From Beijerinckiaceae bacterium (lineage in GTDB: Bacteria; Pseudomonadota; Alphaproteobacteria; Rhizobiales; Beijerinckiaceae): a DNA stretch of 38,834 nucleotides. Below the pieces are notes generated by a model, which saw nothing but the letters and a program-made list of their open reading frames with translations, searched no databases and had not been told where the DNA came from. Both the position numbers and the translations under genes were made by a program. Of this stretch, positions 21,937 through 29,892 are shown piece after piece (the stretch's first letter is position 1; each line of letters opens with the position of its first letter). The stretch is from positions 1 through 38,834 of the forward strand of contig JBQTKC010000084.1 of NCBI GenBank assembly GCA_052386575.1, written 5' to 3'.

Positions 21937-22446
21937 ATGGCGCGCCGGCACATGATCGACGACATGGACTTGAAAATCATGAAGCGTCTGCAACTCCACG
22001 CGCGGATCAGCAATGTCCGTCTCGCCGAAGACGTGCATTTGTCGCCGAGCGCCTGCCTTGAGCGGGTGAAATCGCTCGAAAAGGATGGGCTGATAAAGCG
22101 CTATGTCGCCGAGTTCGATCTTGCGAAAATCCGCGGCACGGTGATGCTGCTTGTCGAGGTTATCCTCATCAACCACCGCGAAGCGGATTTCGAGCGTTTT
22201 CTGGCCGCGATCCGCAAACGCAACGAAGTTTTGGAATGCTACAAAATCGGCGGCCGGATCGATTACCTCATGCGGGTGATTTGCCGCGATATCGACCATT
22301 ACAGCGAGCTCAGCGACTTCATGAGCCGCGGCGAACTGGGCGTCGAGAAATTCCACGGCCACGTCGTGCTCGCCATCGATAAGGCTTTTAATGGCTATCC
22401 GCTCGACCTTCTGATCGAGCCGGGCGGGCGCTTGAAGCGGCTTTGA
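21937..22446 (+). CDS. Lrp/AsnC family transcriptional regulator, divergent from rocD
   Basis: N-terminal HTH (DLKIMKRLQLHARISNVRLAEDVHLSPSACLERVKSLE) and RAM domain (VLECYKIGGRIDYLMRV). Confidence 0.93.
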   Translation: MARRHMIDDMDLKIMKRLQLHARISNVRLAEDVHLSPSACLERVKSLEKDGLIKRYVAEFDLAKIRGTVMLLVEVILINHREADFERFLAAIRKRNEVLECYKIGGRIDYLMRVICRDIDHYSELSDFMSRGELGVEKFHGHVVLAIDKAFNGYPLDLLIEPGGRLKRL

Positions 22447-22748
22447 TGGAGCCCCGTTTAGCTCGCCAGGCTGCCGCTGTTGATCACGCGACACATTCCG
22501 GCATCATCAACATCGGCTCCTCGCCTAAAAAACGGCTGTGAAGTGGATACCCGATTTAAGATATTTCGAAACGTCCGCGTTGGCGCTAAGTCCTTCGCCG
22601 CATTGTTATTCCGCGAAGCCTTTCATCCGTAGCGCAACGGCGCCGCGGCGCCGGAACATAAAGGCGAGATTGCCCTTTCATACACTCCGAGAAGGCTTTA
22701 CATGGTAAAATTGCCTCTTTACCGCCAAGAACGCAGGACGGGAAACGC

Positions 22749-22985
22749 ATGACCGCGAGCGGCAAACAACTCCTCCACTTTGTATTTGGTGGCGAACTCA
22801 AGGATTTGAACGGCGTCGAATTCCGCGATTTGTCCAAAATCGATATCGTCGGCATTTTTCCAGACTACGCGTCGGCGGCGCAAGCTTGGAAAGCCAAGGC
22901 ACAGGCAACGGTGGACAATGCCCATATGCGCTATTTCGTGGCGCATCTGCATCGTCTGCTCGATCCTGCGAGGGACAAGCCTTGA
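22749..22985 (+). CDS. DUF4170 family small protein
   Basis: QLLHFVFGGEL...DIVGIFPDYASA..AWKAKAQATVDNAHMRYFVAHLHRLLDP is the conserved alphaproteobacterial protein usually found upstream of waaA. Confidence 0.85.
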   Translation: MTASGKQLLHFVFGGELKDLNGVEFRDLSKIDIVGIFPDYASAAQAWKAKAQATVDNAHMRYFVAHLHRLLDPARDKP

Positions 22986-23064
22986 GCGCGGTGGCTCTCT
23001 CTCGATCCCAAGACAAAAGCTGTGCGTGGAGAGAGTCCGCCCCTTTGAAATTCTTAGGCCTGCC

Positions 23065-24360
23065 GTGAAGGAGTCGGCCCTTCTTTCCGCCTACCGGCTG
23101 ACAAGCGCGGGCGTTGGATTAACCGGGCCATTATTTCTCTATTGGCGGGGAAAGCTCGGCCGCGATGATTTTTCGCGGCGCCACGAGCGGCTCGGACGGC
23201 CTTATCTGGCCCGCCCGGAAGGGCCGCTCGCCTTGTTGCAGACGGCAAGTGCCGCGCACGCTCTCGTTTTGCCGCCGCTTGCCGAAAAACTGGGACAGCT
23301 CGGCTTTACCGTGCTTTTGTCGATTGGAGAGGAGTCTCAAGGCCCGTTCCGCGCGCCGCGCTTGCCGCTATTTCTGCACCAGCTCGTGCCGCTCGACGCC
23401 CCGCAATTCATGGGGCGGTTTCTCGATCATTGGAGGCCAGATATCGTCCTCCTCTGCGGGCCAAAGTTTCCACCAAACCTTGTCGTCGAAGCGAGCCGGC
23501 GCAAAATTCCCGTGGCGCTTGTCGACGCCCGCTTGTCCGCGCGGCGGTTCCTGATTTGGCGGAAATTTCCGGGCTTTGCCGGATCGCTGCTGCACCGGGT
23601 GGAATTTTGTTTGGCGCAAACAAATGCCGACGCGCAGCGCTTCGAAAAACTTGGGATGCAAAAAGTTCAGGTGACCGGCAATCTCAAATTTGATTGCGTT
23701 CCAGCACCTGTCGATCAATCCGCCTTGGCGCGGCTTATAGCTTGGATCGGGACGCGTCCGGCGTGGGTCGCCGATGGCGTCTATCCCGGCGAAGAAGAGA
23801 TCGCGTTTGCCGCGCATCGCCAATTGGCGCGGCAGTTTCCAGACCTTTTGACGGTGATCGTGCCGCACAACTCCAAGCGCGTTTTCGAAATCGCCCGAGG
23901 CGCCGCGAAATTTGGCCTGACCGCGGCGCTGCGCGGCAGCGAACGCGAAAATGCGCCATTGCCGGAAATCACGATCGCGCTTGCAGCGGGCGAGGCGGGA
24001 CTATTTCTTCGCGGCGCCGGCGCAATTTTCGCGGGCAAGTCCTTGTGCCGCGGCGGCGGCAAGAATCCTGTCGAAGCGGCGCGGCTCGGTTGCGCGATCC
24101 TGCACGGTCCGGACGTCGATGATTTCGAGGAAATTTACGCAAGCCTCGATAATGCGGGTGGAGGCGCGTTGGTATTCGATGCCGAAACGCTTGCCAAGCA
24201 ATTGGCGCTCCTCTTCTTTGACAAGGCCGAAATGCGCGCGATGGGGCGCGCGGCCACGGAGACGGCGGAGGCATATGGGGGCGCCTCGACCCGCACCATG
24301 CAGGCAATCGAGCCTTATCTTGCCCAGGCGATCATCGCGCGAAGTGGCGGGGAGGCGTGA
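23065..24360 (+). CDS. 3-deoxy-D-manno-octulosonic acid (Kdo) transferase-like GT-B protein, divergent; start uncertain (GTG 23026 or 23065)
   Basis: Retains ERLG, PLD..FLDHWRPD, DARLS, VTGNLKFD, GEE and GGKNPVEAA..GCAILHGP, and follows DUF4170. Several canonical WaaA motifs are replaced (see findings). Confidence 0.8.
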   Translation: MKESALLSAYRLTSAGVGLTGPLFLYWRGKLGRDDFSRRHERLGRPYLARPEGPLALLQTASAAHALVLPPLAEKLGQLGFTVLLSIGEESQGPFRAPRLPLFLHQLVPLDAPQFMGRFLDHWRPDIVLLCGPKFPPNLVVEASRRKIPVALVDARLSARRFLIWRKFPGFAGSLLHRVEFCLAQTNADAQRFEKLGMQKVQVTGNLKFDCVPAPVDQSALARLIAWIGTRPAWVADGVYPGEEEIAFAAHRQLARQFPDLLTVIVPHNSKRVFEIARGAAKFGLTAALRGSERENAPLPEITIALAAGEAGLFLRGAGAIFAGKSLCRGGGKNPVEAARLGCAILHGPDVDDFEEIYASLDNAGGGALVFDAETLAKQLALLFFDKAEMRAMGRAATETAEAYGGASTRTMQAIEPYLAQAIIARSGGEA

Positions 24361-24444
24361 GGCCGCAAGCTATCAAGCGAATGAAAAGTGATACGACGTG
24401 GTCGAGCGCCTTTCAAAGGCGGGCGTCTGTTTCGTAAGGTGGCC

Positions 24445-24542
24445 GCGTCTCTATCACTGGAATCACGCGACCGGAGAGGAAACGCTCAAATTCAAAGAGT
24501 TGGCGCATCCCCGAAAATCCGGCCGGCTTTTTCGGCATGCTT
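24445..24542. repeat. Degenerate palindromic intergenic repeat of Hyphomicrobiales type (RIME/MITE-like)
   Basis: Two adjacent imperfect hairpins (GCGTCTCT...AGAGGAAACGC and GCAT..CCGAAAA...TTTTCGG.ATGC) separated by CAAATTCAAAGAGTTGG; the layout resembles recalled repeats from Methylocystis/Beijerinckiaceae genomes. Confidence 0.5.
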
Positions 24543-24569
24543 TGGCGCCGTGCAACAGGGATTCAGCAG

Positions 24570-24884
24570 ATGGCTTGGCCCTTCTTGTTTGCCGCGGGGT
24601 TGTGCGAGGTCGCGTGGGCGATCGGGCTCAAATACACCGACGGATTTTCACGCCTGTACCCGTCGCTCGCGACCGTCGCCGCAATGGGGGCGAGCATTGG
24701 GCTGCTCGGTCTGGCATTGAAGACACTTCCCGTCGGCACCGCTTATCCGATTTGGACCGGCATTGGAGCGGCCGGGACGGTGGCGCTTGGCATTTATCTG
24801 TTCAACGAGCCGGCGACTGTGACGAGATTGATGTGCATCGGGCTGATCTTGGCCGGCATCATTGGCTTGAGAATCTCTTCATAG
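24570..24884 (+). CDS. sugE: SMR-family exporter, Gdx/SugE (guanidinium exporter) subtype
   Basis: 104 aa with 4 predicted TM segments: MAWPFLFAAGLCEVAWAIGLKYTDGFSRL (conserved membrane Glu) and LPVGTAYPIWTGIGAAG. Confidence 0.9.
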   Translation: MAWPFLFAAGLCEVAWAIGLKYTDGFSRLYPSLATVAAMGASIGLLGLALKTLPVGTAYPIWTGIGAAGTVALGIYLFNEPATVTRLMCIGLILAGIIGLRISS

Positions 24885-24922
24885 ATCGTGCGCCACCAAT
24901 GGTACCGGCGGTTTCATCCGGA

Positions 24923-26044
24923 TCAGAAATAGCTTTGCAACGAACCTCGCCGGCGGATGTCTAGCGTCGCGCAGTGAAATGCTCCGCCGAACGCAGCATA
25001 GTGTAAGAACTCACAAGCGATCGGTTCAAAACCCCACTTTTCGAGTGCCCGCAACATGCCAGTGTGGTGCGGATCGACGATGACCCGCTTTTCATCGATC
25101 ATGAGTATGTTCATGTTCAGCCACTTGCCGCACAGCGACGTGATTTTGAGCATCCAATCGTCAATCGGGTTGGGTTCGGGCGCGGCCAAGATGTCCCATT
25201 TCTTCAAGATGTCAGGCAGGCGGCCGATGTCGATGTACTCTGGGTTGATGAGCAGCTTGCCGGGTCGCAGCGGAAGTATGGTGGTATCGATGTGCATCGG
25301 ATTGGGGCATCGGCTCTCGATTTCGTGGATCCGGTAAGCCGGCCCAAGGTGACGTCGCAGCCATTCGATGCCAAGAGCGTTGGTTACGTTGCTCCGCGTG
25401 ACGAACAGGTCGCGTCCGCAGCGAACGAAATCCGCCGCGTCGAAGACGGGCTCGAATTCGGTCAGGATATAGGTAATGGGTTCGCCCTTCTCCGGTAGGC
25501 GAAACTCCGGATCGAACAGCTCGTCCGTGATCTGCGGTTTCGGAGCGGCCGTCCAGCGAGCCCCCAGCCGGAAATAGTCCTTGAGAATCGGACGATAGGA
25601 ATGCGTCTCAAAGTAGCGGCAGGGCCAAACCATCGGCGTCTCGATGATCTCGTCGCCGACGACCAGCATTGTGTCGCGCGGACAGGAATTGCAAAAGCCG
25701 CGAGATGACCAGTAGGGCGTGCTGAACTGCTTTTTGTGATCCACCGGCTCCGGCCGCCGGACCACAATTTCGAGCGACCGCAACAGCGCGATGAAGCCAT
25801 CGAGCTCGCGCTGGGCTGGCTCGACCATGAACTTCGGATAACGAAGTCCGGCGACGAGCGACTGCGCGCGCGCGGCGGCTCCTTTCGGAACGTTGCAAGT
25901 GACGACCGGATGGTCGGATGGCATGGTGGCCCCCTCGAGCCTCCCGACGATAACCTCCTCGAGCGGGTCCCACTCATTATGCGAATTGACGGGAGACAGC
26001 TGGTTCCGAGATTCGGCCCCCGCGTTGACCACACTGGCGTCCAT
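24923..26044 (-). CDS. L-arginine amidinotransferase (glycine amidinotransferase/SxtG/CyrA-like)
   Basis: PVNSHNEWDPLEEVIVG, CPRD, WTAAPKP, EPVFDAADFVRCGRD, VTNALGIEWL, HIDTT and GGAFHCATLDIRR (Cys-His-Asp triad motifs); AGGAGG SD before ATG 26044. Confidence 0.92.
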   Translation of the reverse strand: MDASVVNAGAESRNQLSPVNSHNEWDPLEEVIVGRLEGATMPSDHPVVTCNVPKGAAARAQSLVAGLRYPKFMVEPAQRELDGFIALLRSLEIVVRRPEPVDHKKQFSTPYWSSRGFCNSCPRDTMLVVGDEIIETPMVWPCRYFETHSYRPILKDYFRLGARWTAAPKPQITDELFDPEFRLPEKGEPITYILTEFEPVFDAADFVRCGRDLFVTRSNVTNALGIEWLRRHLGPAYRIHEIESRCPNPMHIDTTILPLRPGKLLINPEYIDIGRLPDILKKWDILAAPEPNPIDDWMLKITSLCGKWLNMNILMIDEKRVIVDPHHTGMLRALEKWGFEPIACEFLHYAAFGGAFHCATLDIRRRGSLQSYF

Positions 26045-26315
26045 GAGTCCTCCTTGCAGACAGCACAATCGGCTAGCTCATAGTACGGTGAAATCGAATC
26101 GAGCCGGGCAAGCTTAGCAAGAATCTAAAGAAAATTCACACGGCAATCACGCCCCAGTGGATGCGCCTCACCGCGAAGCAATGGCGCGCACCAGCGACAA
26201 TCGGGAGGGCAGGCGATGCGAGGATTGAATCCAAGTCCTTCCGCATGAGCAGCGAACGATCTATCATCGCGTTCGCGTGTTCGAGCAATGTCGTCGAAAC
26301 TGGGAATTTCCAAAA

Positions 26316-27041
26316 ATGTGCGGCACCATTAATTGCAACCATGGCGTTACAAGGCGCGGCGCCCTAAAAGCGGCCGCCGGATTTGCTGTCGCGGGAAGTG
26401 TTCCGCGCGCAAGTGCAAAGGAAGCGGGTGCCGAACTGCCAAAGCCGAACGCGATTGGCGCCGATGCGGCGCTGCGCCGTTTGATGGAGGGAAATGCCCG
26501 CTATGTTGCGAACAAGCCGGCGCATCGGGACTTTTCCGCCGGACGCGCGGAGCGTGCCAAATCGCAATATCCGATTGCCGCGGTCTTGAGCTGTTCGGAC
26601 TCGCGCGTTGCCCCGGAACTTGCGTTCGACCAAGGACCAGGCGACCTTTTTGTTGTCCGGCTCGCCGGCAATTTCGCCAATGAAGATGGGCTCGCCAGTC
26701 TCGAATATGCGGTGAAGTTTTTGGGCGTGCCGCTCGTCATGGTGCTCGGACACTCGAATTGCGGCGCGCTGAGTGCCGCGATCAAAGTGGCCGAGGACGA
26801 TACCGCGCTGCCAGGGCATTTGCCCGGTCTCGTTCGCTCGCTCAAACCCGCGGTCGAAGCGGCGAAAGCGACGTCGCCGCACGATCTTCTCGCGGCGACG
26901 ATCACCGAAAATGTCGCGCTTAACGTGAAACGGCTCCAAACCGCGGAACCCTTGCTCGCGAGTTTCGCGGAAACCGAAAAGGTGAAGATCGTGGGCGGCG
27001 TGTATGAATTGGCGACCGGCAAAATCGGCCTCTTGTCTTAA
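26316..27041 (+). CDS. Beta-class carbonic anhydrase with twin-arginine (Tat) signal
   Basis: TRRGALK...PRASA signal, LMEGNARY, and zinc ligands in CSDSRV and GHSNCGA. Confidence 0.92.
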   Translation: MCGTINCNHGVTRRGALKAAAGFAVAGSVPRASAKEAGAELPKPNAIGADAALRRLMEGNARYVANKPAHRDFSAGRAERAKSQYPIAAVLSCSDSRVAPELAFDQGPGDLFVVRLAGNFANEDGLASLEYAVKFLGVPLVMVLGHSNCGALSAAIKVAEDDTALPGHLPGLVRSLKPAVEAAKATSPHDLLAATITENVALNVKRLQTAEPLLASFAETEKVKIVGGVYELATGKIGLLS

Positions 27042-27090
27042 CATTGCACCGGCGTTCCTTTCACAACTTTACCAAATAGGAAACTCTATC

Positions 27091-27483
27091 ATGAGCGAGA
27101 GCACACGCGAAACGCTACTCAACGTTGCGCTCTTGGCCTTCGGCGCAATCTTCTTCCTTATCTACCCGCTCGGCCTGATTTGGCCGTCGGGCTGGGTGCG
27201 GCACGGCGGAGAAGGCAAATATTACTTGCAGATGATATGCGGGGTCTATGCAGTCCTGGGCGGCTACCTGATAGCCGCGGCTCGGAAACCCTCGGAGAAT
27301 CGGAGCCTGATCTCGTTCACCATCTTGGCGAACGTCGTGCATGCCGGCATCATGGCGGCGCAGTCCATCTATGACGAACATGAGAGTGGTCACCTTATTG
27401 GAGATGTGCCCGCACTACTGCTCGTTGCCGCCGTGCTATGGTTTCTATCGCCAGCGAAGCAACCGGGGCCAGACACGGCATAG
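27091..27483 (+). CDS. Small membrane protein with about 4 TM segments (DUF6632-like)
   Basis: Hydrophobic helices with WPSGW, QMICGVYAVLG, NRSLISFT, HAGIMA and HLIGDVPAL; AGGA SD before ATG 27091. Confidence 0.7.
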   Translation: MSESTRETLLNVALLAFGAIFFLIYPLGLIWPSGWVRHGGEGKYYLQMICGVYAVLGGYLIAAARKPSENRSLISFTILANVVHAGIMAAQSIYDEHESGHLIGDVPALLLVAAVLWFLSPAKQPGPDTA

Positions 27484-27640
27484 CAACAGTTCGCCGGCCG
27501 ATCATGGATTTGCGCCAGGGCCTTTCATCCGCTGGTACCTGAACGGCGATTTCCGCTAAGGATATAATTTCGTTGGCCGTGATCACGATCTCGCCCTTCG
27601 AGGAGCAACCTCGCGTCCTGATTTCAGCCATCGCGTTCAG

Positions 27641-29461
27641 CTACCTCCGCCCGAACAATTTCTCGACGTCGGCGAGTTTTAGTTCGACATAGGTCGGGCG
27701 CCCGTGATTGCATTGGCCGCAGCCTGGCGTGCGCTCCATCTCGCGGAGGAGCGCGTTCATTTCCTCGGCCCCGAGACGGCGGCCCGCGCGCACCGAATGG
27801 TGGCAGGCAAAAGTCGCGAGAACATGGTCGAGCCGCTTTTCGAGTGGTGCCGAGGCGCAATCGTCCTCGCGAAGTGCGACGGCGAGATCGGCAACGAGCG
27901 GGCGCGCATCGCCGGGTTTCAGAATAGCCGGCATTTCATAGACCGCGACCGCACCCGGCCCGAAAGGGTCGACAACGAGACCTAATTCCAGGAGAAGCGG
28001 GCCCGCGTCCGCGATCCGTTCGGCATCGGTTTGCCCCATCTCGACGATCACTGGGACGAGCAGCGCCTGGCGCGCGACGCCTTTGCCCGCGCGGGCCTCT
28101 TTTAGGCGCTCGTAGACAAGCCGCTCATGCGCGGCGTGCTGATCGACAATGACGATGCCATCGCGGGTCTGGGCAACAATATAGGTGTCAAAGATCTGCG
28201 CCCGCGCGGCACCGAGCGGCGAGAAGATAGCTTCCCTTGCTGGCGGCTCCTCGTGCGCGCGCGTATCGGCGGAAACCGTTTCGCCAACGAGCGCAAGATC
28301 GCCAAACTCTTGCGCCGCGCCCTCGGCAAAACCGGGATAGGACGGCGACTGCCGCCAATCCCAACCGGCGGCGGGCGCGCGAAATCCGGGCGCCCCGCTC
28401 TGGAGGCTTGCGCGCCGTGCGAGGAAATCGCGCGCGCTGGCGGAATGAGCCGGCGCCGCGCGATGCAGGGCGGCTTGCAAACTCTGCTTCAAGGCGCCGA
28501 TCAGAAGCCCGCGGACGAGGCCGGAATCGCGAAACCGCACTTCGGCCTTTGCCGGATGCACATTGACATCGACCTCGCGCGGATCGCAAGAAACAAACAA
28601 GGCGAGCGCCGGATGGCGGCCTGGCGGCAGATAATCCATGTAGGCTGCGCGCACGGCGCCGGACAAAAGCTTGTCGCGGACCGGCCGCCCGTTGACAAAG
28701 AGATATTGCGCCTGCGCATTCGCCTTGTGCCAGGTCGGAAGTCCGGCGTAGCCATCGAGCGCGATCCCTTCCCGCGCCGCGTCGACGCGGAGCGCGTTGG
28801 CGCGAAACTCCGGCCCAAGAACATCGGCCAGCCGCGCCAGCAAGGCGGCTTCATCCTCGCCGCGTTGTAAAAAATCGAAGCCCGCGGTCTCCGTGCCGGC
28901 AAAGGTAAAGCGAACTTGCCTGTTCGCCATCGCGAGGCGCTGCACGGCATCGGCGCAGGCGCGGGCCTCCGCGCGATCGCTTTTTAGGAATTTCAGCCGC
29001 GCCGGGGTCGCGGCGAAAAGGTCGCGGACCTCGACTTTCGTTCCTTGCGGAAGGGCGCAGGGAGCAAGAGCCCCTTTCTTGCCCTGATCGACGCGGATGG
29101 CAAATCCGTGCTCTGATCCTTCCGCGCGGGAAAAAATGGCGAGCATGGCGACGGAGCCGATCGATGGCAAGGCCTCGCCGCGAAACCCGAGCGTCGCGAT
29201 TTGGGAAAGGTCATCGTTAAGCAGTTTCGATGTCGCATGGCGCTCGACCGAAAGCTCAAGATCGCGGCCTCCCATCCCGCTGCCGTCGTCGATGACGCGG
29301 ATCAGCCGCCGGCCGCCAAATTCGATCACGACGTCGATGCGGGCCGCGCCCGCGTCGAGCGCATTCTCGACAAGTTCCTTGACGACGGCGGACGGCCGCT
29401 CGACGACCTCGCCCGCCGCGATGCGGTCGATGAGAACGGGATCGAGATGACGGATCGGCAT
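27641..29461 (-). CDS. mutL: DNA mismatch repair endonuclease MutL
   Basis: IAAGEVVERP, KELVENALDAGA, GFRGEAL, DVNVHPAK, endonuclease motif DQHAAHER and CNHGRP. Confidence 0.98.
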   Translation of the reverse strand: MPIRHLDPVLIDRIAAGEVVERPSAVVKELVENALDAGAARIDVVIEFGGRRLIRVIDDGSGMGGRDLELSVERHATSKLLNDDLSQIATLGFRGEALPSIGSVAMLAIFSRAEGSEHGFAIRVDQGKKGALAPCALPQGTKVEVRDLFAATPARLKFLKSDRAEARACADAVQRLAMANRQVRFTFAGTETAGFDFLQRGEDEAALLARLADVLGPEFRANALRVDAAREGIALDGYAGLPTWHKANAQAQYLFVNGRPVRDKLLSGAVRAAYMDYLPPGRHPALALFVSCDPREVDVNVHPAKAEVRFRDSGLVRGLLIGALKQSLQAALHRAAPAHSASARDFLARRASLQSGAPGFRAPAAGWDWRQSPSYPGFAEGAAQEFGDLALVGETVSADTRAHEEPPAREAIFSPLGAARAQIFDTYIVAQTRDGIVIVDQHAAHERLVYERLKEARAGKGVARQALLVPVIVEMGQTDAERIADAGPLLLELGLVVDPFGPGAVAVYEMPAILKPGDARPLVADLAVALREDDCASAPLEKRLDHVLATFACHHSVRAGRRLGAEEMNALLREMERTPGCGQCNHGRPTYVELKLADVEKLFGRR

Positions 29462-29737
29462 GACTCATTTCACCAAGGAACGGACCAGTATTTCACACAG
29501 AGATTGCCTCGAACTGGACGCTCGCGGGCGGCTGCGTTCAAGAATACTGCGTGCGCGGTCTAGCGGGGCGGTTGATCCTGCTAAGAGACAGCCGCCGCCG
29601 GCGATGAAAATCAACGCCTAGTTTCGCCGTCACCGGGCTTATCCGCAACTTTCGGCCCGGACGCCGGCATATGCCACACTTGCGTCATCGCATCTAAAAC
29701 ACTTTCTTCGCCTCGTATCTGTTGCTAGAAGACCTTC

Positions 29738-29794
29738 ATGGCCGCGCTTCCTGATCTTCTGTTGCTCCGAATTGGGGGCGGCGTTCGCGTCTGA
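29738..29794 (+). other. Candidate 18-codon leader peptide (uORF) upstream of ileS: MAALPDLLLLRIGGGVRV
   Basis: ATG 29738 to TGA 29794, with no SD and a TAGAAG -10-like box just upstream; hairpins follow before ileS. Confidence 0.4.
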
Positions 29795-29892
29795 GCGCCT
29801 AAGCCGCTTGGCTTGCCGTCCGGTCTGGCGGGGAACCGATTTTGCTTATTCCAAGGGCGCGGAATTGCCGCGCGGGCAGGCCTGAAACAATC

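Noticed and set aside
24923-26044. Saxitoxin or cylindrospermopsin biosynthetic cluster
   Set aside because: Only the amidinotransferase is present; there is no sxtA-like or PKS/NRPS gene in the window.
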